Of a stretch of DNA of 64,000 bases, positions 20,587 to 30,445 are shown piece by piece. The DNA is from Candidatus Latescibacterota bacterium. Lineage in GTDB: Bacteria; Latescibacterota; UBA2968; GCA-2709665. Both the position numbers and the translations under genes were made by a program. Each line of letters opens with the position of its first letter. Positions within the stretch are counted from its first letter, which is position 1. The DNA is taken from the NCBI GenBank assembly GCA_965219455.1, contig OZ244744.1, forward strand, positions 1,792,001-1,856,000. Direction: 5' to 3'. A model generated the notes under the pieces. It had not been told where the DNA came from. It worked only from the letters and a program-made list of their open reading frames with translations, and made no database searches.

Positions 20587-21777
20587 TTAAGCAAAGTACC
20601 TCGGCCCCATCGCCGCGGGAGGGGTGCGTTCGATGGGATCGCCCGACCCGCGTTCGATGGCGAAGCCGATGGGCGCGGGGCCGGGGTCGTCGAAGCGCAC
20701 ATTGTAGGTCGTGCAGCCCCAGCGTGACCCTGCCGCGACGGCATCGAAGGCCTCAACGGTCCGCCGCTGGGGATCGTACGCGAGCCAGCCGTACAGGCTC
20801 AGCTTCAGGCCCCGGGGTTTGTCCACGGTAAGGCCGCTGAAGGGATTGCTCTCGAGCGTGGGTTCCGCTTCCAGGTGGATGCGTCCCTCCAGGCGGAGAC
20901 GGATTCGGTCGGATTCGGTGGATTCGACGGTCAGGCTTATCTCACCTTCTTTCAGGTTTTCTTCCCGCCAACCGGGCGATTGACCTCGCACCGTGTCGAT
21001 GAAGTGACGCAGGGCGAGCCGCCTCGTAAACCAGCCCGGTGCGCGATACGTCTGGCCGGGCCGGGCATTCTCGGGCGCCAGAGACCGGACCTCCTCTTCG
21101 GTAAACCATGCAAAGTCGATGTTGTGCCGGGTGTCCCCGTCTTCAGAATTCCTCGGCAGGTCGCGGACCGTGACCTTGAGCGCCAGGCCGTCTTCCGGAT
21201 AGGACCATCCGAGTCTGGGATCGACGGGGTAGGCTTCGGGGATGTCACCCGCTGCGCCGTTGTCCGGGCGTTCTCGCCACCCTGCCAGGCTCCGCTCGAG
21301 CATTTCCAAAAAAGGGCCGGCATCCCTCGTGTTGATGGACCCCAGCAACTCGCCGTCCGCCGTGCAGGCGTACAGGCCCTGCCGGGTTGCCGTGGGTTGG
21401 GTGCGGCCTCCGTAATGGCCCTGTTCGGCCACGAGGCGGAAGAACTCGCCCTTTGCGTCATTCTGCGTCTGGGTATAACTGCAATTATCCGCAACGGATA
21501 TGAAAGATCCGTTGAGGATCCGGATCACTTCAGGATGGGAGAAAACGGACTCACGGCCCGCTATACCGTTGTTTCAGACGCAGCCGAGCGGGTTGCCGTT
21601 CATCGACCAGATAAACAGCGGTCTGCGCACGGCAGCCGCGCGCCGTCGGGCTTTCCAGAGGTCGGTTTCCCAGGCGATGTCTGTCCACCGCACTTCCTCG
21701 GGTTTTGACTTGATCCGCGACAGTAGAGATTCAAACGTTCCGGGACGAGGCGTCCATTCCGATTGTTGAGTTGTCAT
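20587..21777 (-). CDS. Putative selenoprotein, thioredoxin-like/SelN-like, 396 aa with in-frame UGA (Sec68)
   Basis: ORFs 21574-21819 and 20587-21528 are in frame and separated only by TGA in GNPLGCV-U-NNG; SECIS-like hairpin follows; GGAG RBS before ATG 21777. Confidence 0.8.
21544..21562 (-). promoter_or_regulatory. Putative bacterial SECIS hairpin
   Basis: AGCGGGC-CGUGA-GUCCGUU; loop starts 19 nt after UGA, with G at loop position 2. Confidence 0.6.
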
Positions 21778-21823
21778 ATCCATCTCCTGTTCAGTGTCCA
21801 ACTCCCTGAAACCTGCCATGATT

Positions 21824-22221
21824 CTTCCGCCGAGTGTGTCTGCGGTAGTACCGCTCTTGGCTGTCTGCTGCTCCCACTCGGGTAGCCAGGCAGAATCTGA
21901 ACGCGATGCCTATCAAGAGCACTTCCAGAGCAGAGCGCGTGGTTCCGTTAAGCAACGACGATCGGTGGTCAACTGAGGCTGGTAGGGCAATGTCCGACGT
22001 GCATGCAGTAAGGCAATTCGCGCTATGCATATGGCAGGCCCCGCGCCCAGCGGCGACTTTTGGTTCCTTTTGGTCGCTTCAAAAGGAACACGCCGTAGGC
22101 AGGGAATTTGGGGAAAGGTGGATCGTGAATTTGGGTTTCGCCTTTTGCCTTTCGTTTTTAGCTGACCGCTGAAGGCTGATTGCTGATAGCTCTGTCTGAG
22201 GGGGCCGGGGGGAGAGGTCCC
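21824..22221 (-). repeat. Inverted copy of the 8525-8919 repeat element
   Basis: High nucleotide similarity over ~395 bp. Confidence 0.8.
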
Positions 22222-22326
22222 CGCGCCCGCGGTCGTCGTGCATTGGCATCGCCAGTCCGTATGGCAATCCGCCTTTTGCCTTTCGTTTTTAGCTGACAGC
22301 TAACCGCTGATAGCTGATAGCTTCTT

Positions 22327-23091
22327 TTATCGCTTCAGGATCCCGCCGTTCACGTCGATCGTGGCGCCGGTGATATACGCGCCCATCCGGGAGGCAAGGA
22401 ATAAGGCCGAATAGGCGATTTCCTCGGGCTGCCCGATATAGCCCAGGGGGATAAGTTCGTTGATTGTGCTGCGGCTTTCGGGAGAAATCTGAAAGCTGGT
22501 TTCGATCACGCCCGGGGTGATGGCGTTGACCGTGATATTGCTCGAGGCCAGGTCCCGGGAGAGGGTTTTGGTCATGCCCAGCATGCCGGCCTTGGAACTG
22601 GCATAGTGGACCCCGCCTGAGACACCGCCGGTCTGGCCGCTGATGGAGGAGATGTTGATGATCCGGCCGCTTTTCTGTTTTTCCATGTGGGGGGCCGCGG
22701 CGAGGCAGCAGAGATACGCACCCGTGAGATTGGCGCCGATCACCCGCTGCCACTCTCCGTGGTCGACGCCGGAATAGTGACCCGGGCTGGCCAGGCCCGC
22801 GTTGTTTACCAGAATGTCGACGCGGCCGAAGGCTTCCAGTGTCCTTTGAACAAAGGCGTTGATCTGCCTCTCATCCGCGACGTCGGCGGGAACCGCAAGC
22901 ACGTCCCCGCGGGCCGAAAGCGTCTCGGCGACCGCCTCCAATGGACCGGCATTGCGCGCGACCAGGGTGAGGCCGGCGCCCGCCTGGTGGAAGACCTCGG
23001 CGATGCTTTTGCCGATGCCCCGGCTGGCGCCGGTGACGATGGCGACCTGTCCGGAAAGGTCGAGGAGGTCGGCAAGGGGTTTCGTTGACAT
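22327..23091 (-). CDS. SDR family oxidoreductase (FabG-like)
   Basis: TGASRGIG, NNAG, YASSK and VNAITPG motifs. Confidence 0.92.
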   Translation of the reverse strand: MSTKPLADLLDLSGQVAIVTGASRGIGKSIAEVFHQAGAGLTLVARNAGPLEAVAETLSARGDVLAVPADVADERQINAFVQRTLEAFGRVDILVNNAGLASPGHYSGVDHGEWQRVIGANLTGAYLCCLAAAPHMEKQKSGRIINISSISGQTGGVSGGVHYASSKAGMLGMTKTLSRDLASSNITVNAITPGVIETSFQISPESRSTINELIPLGYIGQPEEIAYSALFLASRMGAYITGATIDVNGGILKR

Positions 23092-23123
23092 ATGGGTCTC
23101 TTTTTCCGTGACGCCGGGAGACG

Positions 23124-23157
23124 AAAACGGAAGCGCATGCGATCCTGCTTCCGTTTT
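23124..23157 (-). terminator. Intrinsic terminator after parC
   Basis: AAAACGGAAGC...GCTTCCGTTTT 11-bp stem. Confidence 0.55.
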
Positions 23158-23173
23158 GACACCGGTATCGGGT

Positions 23174-25063
23174 TCAGATGAACTTGACGGTCTGGACTTC
23201 GCGGTTGGCCAGGCGAATGCCCCTGGCCCTGTTACCGCGAACGGGATATTCTGCGATGACGAATTCCTCTTCTGTGATTCTCACCCGGGGTTTGGGTTTG
23301 AAACGGGCCTGGATTGTGCGTTTGGTGTCGGTCGTGAGTTTCAGGATTCGGCAGTCTTCCGGCGCCAGTTCGTACCCCCGGTTCAGGATGAATCTGTCGA
23401 TTCTGCACCGTTTTATGTAAAGATATCCGGTCCTGGTCTCCTTATAGAGGATATTGTAGACGCGGTCTTCGTCCACGAAACCGCAGAAAAGCATGCCCTT
23501 ATCCACGAAGAGCTTTTCGGGGGCGTCCACCACGGAGTACATGCCGGTTTTTCGAATTACCAGAACGCGGTCGTACGGTGACACGTCGAAAAGGGCGCCG
23601 CCATTGACCTGGTGGCCCAGGTACCCTGTATTCTTGTCGTATCGCAGCATGAGATTGCGCTGGGCGGCCTCCCGAACGTCGACTTTCTGGATGCTTGTGA
23701 TCTCGGTTTTACGGGGGTGGTCGTTGCGATATTTCTTGATGATGCCCTCGAGAAACGCAACGGCGAACGCCTGCATGCCGCGCAGGTCGGCGCGGACCTC
23801 CCTGAGGCGCCTCCGGATATCCTGCATTTCCGCCTCGGCTTTGTTGATATCGTAGAGCGAGATGCGCCTGATCGGGATTTTGAGCAGGTTTTCCACGTCC
23901 TCCCGCGAAACTTCCCCCCTGATGCTCTCCTGGAAGGGTTTCAACCCATCGAACACCGCACGGTAGACACTCTCGGAGGTGGTCTCCTCTTCGATGCTTT
24001 TGTAAACGCGATTTTCAATAAAGACCTGTTCGAGGGTTTTCGCGTGATGCCGCGCGGTCAGCTGGCGTTCCTCGAGTTTGAGTTCAGTCCTGAGAATCTC
24101 GACGAGGCGGCCGGTGTTGTATTCGATCACTTCGGTCACGGACGTAATTTCCGGCCGGTTGTCCTGTATGACCAGCAGATTCGCCGATATCGACGTTTCA
24201 CAGTCCGTAAACGCGTACAGCGCGTGAACGGTATCCTTGGTATGCACACCGCGGGCGAGCTGGATTTCGATTTCCACCTGATCGGTCGTATAATCGCTGA
24301 TACCCGTGATTTTGAGCTTGCCTTTTTTGGTGGCGTCTTCGATGGAGGCAATGAGGGTTTCGGTTGTCGTGCCGTAGGGTAGTTCGCGCACGACGATGCG
24401 TTTCGGATCTCCGGTGTCCAGTCTGGCGCGGGCGAGAACCTTCCCGTTGCCGTCGTTATATTCGGAAACATCGACCAGGCCCCCTGTGGGAAAGTCGGGT
24501 TGGACCCCGAAGGGTTTGCCCTGCAGGCAGGCAATCTGCGCTTCGAGCAGTTCGATGAGGTTGTGCGGGAGAATGCGGGTGGTCATGCCGACGGCAATGC
24601 CCTCTGAGCCAATGGCAAGCAGGGCCGGGATTTTGGCGGGAAATGCGATCGGTTCACGGTTGCGGCCATCGTAGGAGTCTTCGTATTCGGTTATCTCGGG
24701 GTTGAAGAGAACCTCTCTTGCAAGTGGCGTGAGGCGGCATTCGATATAGCGTGCGGCGGAGGCTTCGTCGCCGGTGAAGATGTTGCCGAAATTGCCCTGC
24801 CTGTCGATGAACAATTCCTTGTTGGCCAGGTTCACGAGGGCGCCGAAGATTGAGAGGTCGCCGTGGGGATGGTACCGCATGGTCTGGCCCACGACGTTGG
24901 CGACCTTGTGGTACTTGCCGTCGTGCATCTCGTACAGGGCGTGCAGAATGCGACGCTGAACCGGCTTGAAGCCGTCGTCGATACTGGGGATCGCCCGGTT
25001 CTTGATGGAATAGGACGCAAACTCGAGATAATATTTTTCGTACAAGGTGTCGACGTATGCCAC
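23174..25063 (-). CDS. parC: DNA topoisomerase IV subunit A (short type)
   Basis: RAIP..DDGFKPVQRR, YHPHGD, AARYIE catalytic Tyr; no GyrA-box seen. Confidence 0.9.
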   Translation of the reverse strand: MAYVDTLYEKYYLEFASYSIKNRAIPSIDDGFKPVQRRILHALYEMHDGKYHKVANVVGQTMRYHPHGDLSIFGALVNLANKELFIDRQGNFGNIFTGDEASAARYIECRLTPLAREVLFNPEITEYEDSYDGRNREPIAFPAKIPALLAIGSEGIAVGMTTRILPHNLIELLEAQIACLQGKPFGVQPDFPTGGLVDVSEYNDGNGKVLARARLDTGDPKRIVVRELPYGTTTETLIASIEDATKKGKLKITGISDYTTDQVEIEIQLARGVHTKDTVHALYAFTDCETSISANLLVIQDNRPEITSVTEVIEYNTGRLVEILRTELKLEERQLTARHHAKTLEQVFIENRVYKSIEEETTSESVYRAVFDGLKPFQESIRGEVSREDVENLLKIPIRRISLYDINKAEAEMQDIRRRLREVRADLRGMQAFAVAFLEGIIKKYRNDHPRKTEITSIQKVDVREAAQRNLMLRYDKNTGYLGHQVNGGALFDVSPYDRVLVIRKTGMYSVVDAPEKLFVDKGMLFCGFVDEDRVYNILYKETRTGYLYIKRCRIDRFILNRGYELAPEDCRILKLTTDTKRTIQARFKPKPRVRITEEEFVIAEYPVRGNRARGIRLANREVQTVKFI

Positions 25064-25109
25064 GGTTTCTCCGGACCCCTGTATTCCTTGCAGGGGATCG
25101 ACGGGTTGT

Positions 25110-27011
25110 TCAGATCAGATTGTCGATAATGTAGTCCCTGCGTTCCGGGGTGTTCTTGCCCATGTAAAAACTGAGCGTATCGGCGATTTCGGAGATGGAC
25201 CTGATATTGACTTTGACCAGTCGTATATTGTCCCCGATGAACTGCCCGAATTCTTTGGGCGAGATCTCCCCGAGGCCTTTAAAGCGGGTGATTTCTGGAT
25301 TTTTGATATCCTCCAGGGCACTGTCGCGCTCCCGATTGTTGTAGCAGTAGCGGGTGACCTTGCTGTTTCGCACGCGGAAAAGCGGGGTTTCAAGAATGTA
25401 AAGGTGGCCGGCCAACACCAGTTCCTCGAAGTAGTTCAGGAAATACGTGAGGAGCAGGTACCGGATATGGTAGCCGTCATGGTCCGCATCGGTGGCGATG
25501 ACGATTTTGTTGAAACGCAGGTTTTCGATGCCGTCTTCGATGCCGAGCGCCATCATGAGGTTGAACAGTTCCACGTTCTTGTACACGGCTGCCTTGTTCT
25601 TGCCGAATACGTTCAGAGGAACGCCCTTGAGGCCGAAGATCGCCTGGCTGTAAACGTCGCGCGCGGCGACCATGGATCCCGCGGCGGAAGGGCCTTCGGT
25701 GATGAAGATCGTCGAGTCCTCGCCATGCTTTTTGTGGCCCAGGTGGTACTTGCAGTCTTTGAAATGCGGAATCTTGATTGCGATTTTTCGAGCGGCCTCT
25801 TTGGCCTCTTTCTTGACGGCGTTGAGTTCCTTCCTCAGACGTTCGTTCTGTGCGATTTTCTCGGACAGGCGTTGGGCCGCGGTCTGGTTCTTGTGCAGAA
25901 GGTCGACCACGGCGCTCTTGACGTCCGTGACAATCCACCCCCGGATATCCGTATTCCCCAGTTTGTTCTTGGTCTGAGACTCGAAGACAGGGGCCTTGAG
26001 TTTGACGGCGACGGCGCCCGAAATGCTCTCCCGAACGTCGATGCCGTTGTAGTTCTTCTTGTAGAATTCATTCACGCCCTTGAGGATGCCTTCGCGGAAT
26101 GCGCTCTGATGGGCCCCGCCGTCGCTGGTGCATTGGCCGTTGACGAAAGAGAAGTAGTTTTCCCCGTAGCTGGCCGTGTGGCTGAATGCGAACTCGAGGT
26201 ACTGCGATTTGTAATAGAGCGGTTCGTAGAGAGCCGTTTCGCCGACTTCGCGGGTGAGAAAGTCCAGCAGACCGTTCCGGGATACAAAGCGCTCCTTGTT
26301 GAAGACCAGCGCGAGCCCGCTGTTGAGGCAGGCGTAGTTCCACATCCGCTGTTTGACGTAGTCGAAATTGAACGCGAAGTCTTCCCCGAAAATCCGTACA
26401 TCCGGCAGAAATTCAAAATAGGAGCCGTCGGGTTCGCCGGGCTTCCGTCCTTCCTTTTTCCCTTTGAGACGCCCTCGTTCAAAACGCGCTTCGAGGTAGT
26501 TCCCTTCCCGGAAGGCAACCGCCCTGAAGTCCGAAGAGAGGGCGTTGACTGCCTTGGTGCCCACGCCGTTGAGGCCCACGCTGAACTGGAAGACATCGTC
26601 GTTGTACTTGGCGCCGGTGTTAATGATGGATACGCAGTCGATGACTTTGCCAAGGGGAATGCCGCGGCCGTAGTCCCGGACGCGGACCCGGTTGTCTTCG
26701 ATGCTGACGTCGATCGTTTTTCCGTAGCCCATGATGAATTCATCTACGGCATTGTCGATGACTTCCTTCAGCAGGACGTAGATGCCGTCATCGGGATTTG
26801 ACCCGTCGCCAAGCCGGCCGATATACATTCCGGTACGGAGGCGGATGTGTTCCAGGGAACTGAGCGTTTTGACCTTGGATTCATCGTACCCGTGTTCCGG
26901 CGATGCGCCATTTTTGCTCTTGCCGGACGATCTCGGGGTGGACGCGGGTTTCCCGTTAATGGAAAGCGAAAGCTGACCTGGACTCCGCAATTTCGATTTT
27001 GCTTCGGGCAT
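25110..27011 (-). CDS. parE: DNA topoisomerase IV subunit B
   Basis: EHIRLRTGMYIG, EVIDNAVDE, DYGRGIP, GLNGVG, TDADHDG and RFKGLGE motifs. Confidence 0.92.
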   Translation of the reverse strand: MPEAKSKLRSPGQLSLSINGKPASTPRSSGKSKNGASPEHGYDESKVKTLSSLEHIRLRTGMYIGRLGDGSNPDDGIYVLLKEVIDNAVDEFIMGYGKTIDVSIEDNRVRVRDYGRGIPLGKVIDCVSIINTGAKYNDDVFQFSVGLNGVGTKAVNALSSDFRAVAFREGNYLEARFERGRLKGKKEGRKPGEPDGSYFEFLPDVRIFGEDFAFNFDYVKQRMWNYACLNSGLALVFNKERFVSRNGLLDFLTREVGETALYEPLYYKSQYLEFAFSHTASYGENYFSFVNGQCTSDGGAHQSAFREGILKGVNEFYKKNYNGIDVRESISGAVAVKLKAPVFESQTKNKLGNTDIRGWIVTDVKSAVVDLLHKNQTAAQRLSEKIAQNERLRKELNAVKKEAKEAARKIAIKIPHFKDCKYHLGHKKHGEDSTIFITEGPSAAGSMVAARDVYSQAIFGLKGVPLNVFGKNKAAVYKNVELFNLMMALGIEDGIENLRFNKIVIATDADHDGYHIRYLLLTYFLNYFEELVLAGHLYILETPLFRVRNSKVTRYCYNNRERDSALEDIKNPEITRFKGLGEISPKEFGQFIGDNIRLVKVNIRSISEIADTLSFYMGKNTPERRDYIIDNLI

Positions 27012-27362
27012 AACACACCTTTTCGGGGTCGCTCGAACGCGCAACCCCGCGCGGGGATGGTACAGACGGGGAGACAGTCGTACCCGACGTGGGCTCAGGA
27101 CGAAATGGGGCCTAAAGGGAACCTAACTGCGGGGAAATAAAGGGGAAAGAAAGCACTATAATATAGTGCATCTTTGTTCATCTTTCAAGATGTTTTTTGT
27201 TCAGCCGTACCGGACACGTCGGGGGAAATACGCGCTTGCGATACGGCGGTGCATTCCCGGGTACGGTCGACACGGCACCACTTGCACGTGTGGAACCTGT
27301 GGGCATTCGCCGCCCGTTTGCCGGTTATTTTTGACACATCTGTCAGACGGGTAACGTGCAAT

Positions 27363-27815
27363 TCACGTTTCCCGGGTCACGTACCCGAGAACGTCCGCTA
27401 CCTGTTCGGGCGTCTGTGCCACCGCCATCGCCGCCGAGTCGACTTCCTTGAGCGCGTGGGCGATGTCGGCGTCGTGCATCACCACGATCGGCTTGCCCAG
27501 CGCCGCGGCGAAACCGGCGTCGAACGCCGCGTTCCACTGCCGATATGTGCCTCCGAAGCGCACCACCACGACGTCGGCATCGCTGATAAGCGTGCGGGTC
27601 CGGATGGCATTGATCTTCGCGCCCTTGTGATCCTTCCAGAACGAGGACGCTTCGGGGCCGAGGATATCCACGCCGCAGTTGTCGCTGGCGGCGTGATCGG
27701 TAACGGGCGCCGTAAAGGAGACCGGAAGTTCCTTTTCCGCCGCCGCGCTGACGATCCGGTCCCGCCAGTCACTGTGGATTTCGCCGGACAAATACACCCT
27801 CCACCGTTTCGGCAT
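27363..27815 (-). CDS. YtoQ family protein
   Basis: VYLSGEIHSDWR, VVRFG..YRQWNAAFDAG and HALKEVD motifs. Confidence 0.88.
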   Translation of the reverse strand: MPKRWRVYLSGEIHSDWRDRIVSAAAEKELPVSFTAPVTDHAASDNCGVDILGPEASSFWKDHKGAKINAIRTRTLISDADVVVVRFGGTYRQWNAAFDAGFAAALGKPIVVMHDADIAHALKEVDSAAMAVAQTPEQVADVLGYVTRET

Positions 27816-27850
27816 CGGCCGAACTCCTTTCTCGACAATGCGCTGTTCGC

Positions 27851-28978
27851 TCAGTCCTTTACGATCCGATTGTTTGTATACTGATTTGAGTAGTGCCGCA
27901 AGTTGCCCGTGGCGTAGGCCTGCCTTATGGCAGTAGCCGGGAGCCAGTGGATAAACCAGTTATTGTAGATGTCACAGATATCCTGGGGAATGCCCCGGAT
28001 GGTCACGGCTTCCACGTCGACGGCCATGAACGTATTGTGATGAATGAGAATGAGGCCGCCGGCGATGTCTGTTCCGTCGTCCCGGTCCCTTCCGCCGTGC
28101 ATGTCGAAACTGTGGCTGTTGGCGTTTTCCAGAACCAGGTTGTAGCGGGCTTCGTAGCTCGTGCCTGGCCTGCCCGTGCCGGCAATATGGTGCCGGCCCC
28201 AGTCGAACAGGTTGGCCTCGATGAGGGCTTCGGATCGGTCCATAACCACGCCGTAACCCAGGCCGTGGCGCTGGTTGTGGTGGAAATAGTTGTGATGGAT
28301 GTTGTTGTCCGTTGAATTGGCCCGGAGGAAAATCGCCCCGTGGCTCCAGCCCCAGAGTTCACAGTTGTCCACTTCGAGCCTGGGATGTACGGTCTGGATG
28401 CCCCGGGAGTTGGGAATGCTGTAATACTCCCCGACTGCAAGGAGCTCCTTCATCTGCTCGGTGCGTCTCATGGTGTCCGGGCCCTCCAGCCTGAGGCCGG
28501 TCACGCGTACGTCGGCCCCGGTAACGAGGAAGAGCGGAAGGGTTTCCAGTTGTTTGGAATAGACGAGACCCCCCTCCGAATCGGGCTTGCCCCGCCCGCC
28601 GGCCAGCGTGACGCCTGCGCGGATCTCGATGTTCTGGTCGCCTGTAAGGTCCACCCTGGCGGTGTCCGCCAGATAGACGACCTCACCTGCGCCCGCCCGT
28701 CCAAGTGCGTCCAGCAGTTCCATCCGGTTCGTGACGAGATAGTCGTATTGGTCGACCCGTTGATTGTATCCGTCTCCCCCGCCGATGGGATTGCCCGTGG
28801 GGTTCGAGTCGGCGCCGAACTTTTCATCCGAAAGCAGGGGTCGATTCTCCTGGCCGTTGCCGTTTGACGAATCGCCGTCCGGCGTCTCCGGCGCGGCGGA
28901 TTTGTCTTTCCCGCCGCATGCCGCCAGAAGAATCATGACGGCGAGACAGATGAGCTTTTTGTATAAGGTCGTTGTCAT
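27851..28978 (-). CDS. Lipoprotein with right-handed beta-helix (pectin-lyase-like), copy 2
   Basis: Lipobox LAAC; HHNYFHHN and IEANLF beta-helix repeats. Confidence 0.75.
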   Translation of the reverse strand: MTTTLYKKLICLAVMILLAACGGKDKSAAPETPDGDSSNGNGQENRPLLSDEKFGADSNPTGNPIGGGDGYNQRVDQYDYLVTNRMELLDALGRAGAGEVVYLADTARVDLTGDQNIEIRAGVTLAGGRGKPDSEGGLVYSKQLETLPLFLVTGADVRVTGLRLEGPDTMRRTEQMKELLAVGEYYSIPNSRGIQTVHPRLEVDNCELWGWSHGAIFLRANSTDNNIHHNYFHHNQRHGLGYGVVMDRSEALIEANLFDWGRHHIAGTGRPGTSYEARYNLVLENANSHSFDMHGGRDRDDGTDIAGGLILIHHNTFMAVDVEAVTIRGIPQDICDIYNNWFIHWLPATAIRQAYATGNLRHYSNQYTNNRIVKD

Positions 28979-29065
28979 TTCCTAAACACCGTCCAATCAC
29001 TCGCGGCAAGAATCGCGCCGCGGACCATCGCGTATTTCTTCAAGAAATCGTCTATCACTTTTTTC

Positions 29066-30193
29066 TCAGTCCTTGACGAGCCGGTTGTGCGTGTACTGGT
29101 TTGAATAGAGCCGTAGATTACCCGTGGCGTATGCCTGTCTGACAGCGGTAGCCGGGAGCCAATGGATAAACCAGTTGTTGTAAATCTCACAGGCTTCCTG
29201 GGGAATCCCCCGGATGACGACGGCCTCCACGTCGATAGCCAGAAACGTGTTGTGATGAATGAGAATAACGTCGCCGGCGATATCCGTTCCGTCATCCCGG
29301 TCCCGGCCGCCGTGCATGTCAAAACTGTGGCTGTTGGCGTTTTCGAGAACCAGGTTGTAGCGGGCTTCGTAGCTCGTGCCTGGCCTTCCCGTACCGGCGA
29401 TATGGTGCCGGCACCAGTCGAACAGGTTGGCTTCAATCAACGCTTCCGACCGGTCCAAATTCACGCCGTAGCCCATATGGTGGCGCTGGTTGTGGTGAAA
29501 ATAGTTATGGTGGACGTGGTTGTCCGTTGAATTCGCCCGGAGGAAAATGGCGGCGTGGGTCCAACCCCAGAATTCGCAGTTGTCCACTTCGAGCCTGGGG
29601 TGTGCGGTCTGAATGGCCCGTGAGTTGGGGATACTGAATTGCCGGCCTTCCGACAGGAGTTGCTTCATCTGCTCGGTGCGTCTCATCGTGTCCGGGCCCT
29701 CCAGCCTGAGCCCGGTAACGCGAACGTCGGGACCCGTGACGAGAAAGAGTGGAATCGTCTCCAGTTGTTTGGAATAGACCAGGCCCCCCTCGGAATCGGG
29801 CTTGCCCCGCCCGCTGGCCAGCGTGACGCCGGCGCGGATCTCTATATTCCGGTCGCCTGTAAGGTCCACCCTGGCAGTGTCCGCCAGATAGACCACCTGG
29901 CCCCCGGTCGCCTGCTTGAGCGCGTTCAGGAGTTCCGTGCGGTTCGTAACGAAATAGTCGTACTCCTCGACCCGTTGATTGTATCCGTCTCCACCTCCGA
30001 TGGGATTGCCCGTAGGATTCGAGTCGGCGCCGAACTTGTCGTCCGAAAGCAGGGGTCTGTTCTGCTGGATGTTGCTACCCGTCGTCTCGGCAGGCGGCGG
30101 CTCTGGGGCGGCGGGTTGTTCCTTCCCTCCGCATGCGGCCACAAGAATCAGCACGGCGAGACAGGTGAGCGTTCTGTATAAGGTCGTCGTCAT
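29066..30193 (-). CDS. Lipoprotein with right-handed beta-helix, copy 1
   Basis: Lipobox VAAC; same length (375 aa) as and highly similar to 27851-28978; GAGG RBS. Confidence 0.75.
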   Translation of the reverse strand: MTTTLYRTLTCLAVLILVAACGGKEQPAAPEPPPAETTGSNIQQNRPLLSDDKFGADSNPTGNPIGGGDGYNQRVEEYDYFVTNRTELLNALKQATGGQVVYLADTARVDLTGDRNIEIRAGVTLASGRGKPDSEGGLVYSKQLETIPLFLVTGPDVRVTGLRLEGPDTMRRTEQMKQLLSEGRQFSIPNSRAIQTAHPRLEVDNCEFWGWTHAAIFLRANSTDNHVHHNYFHHNQRHHMGYGVNLDRSEALIEANLFDWCRHHIAGTGRPGTSYEARYNLVLENANSHSFDMHGGRDRDDGTDIAGDVILIHHNTFLAIDVEAVVIRGIPQEACEIYNNWFIHWLPATAVRQAYATGNLRLYSNQYTHNRLVKD

Positions 30194-30349
30194 AAACACC
30201 TCACGCATCCACCCCCGGGCAACAGACCGCCCTTCCACCCCGTGGCCACCGGGTGAGTAGGGAGAGGGGAGAGGTAAGAAGGCCGCCCGCGTCCACCGGA
30301 TATCCATATGGCCTGGCGATGTCGACCATCGATATGCTCGCCACGACGC

Positions 30350-30374
30350 GTGCAACCACAAGGGTTGCCCCTAC
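30350..30374 (-). repeat. GTAG-type REP palindrome
   Basis: One mismatch to the 2650 copy. Confidence 0.75.
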
Positions 30375-30445
30375 ACGGGATAGGGATATCCGATTGGTAG
30401 CAGCGGTTGTCGAATCTGTTCCGTTGACAACACAGGGCGCTCAGC

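Noticed and set aside
25047-26801. 584-aa ORF on the + strand
   Set aside because: Antisense shadow of parE, expected from high-GC codon bias; no motifs
23174-27011. Calling these gyrA/gyrB
   Set aside because: Short A subunit with no GyrA-box fits topoisomerase IV better
27851-30193. Tandem paralogues as DGR template and target
   Set aside because: Both are full-length genes and the differences are not adenine-specific
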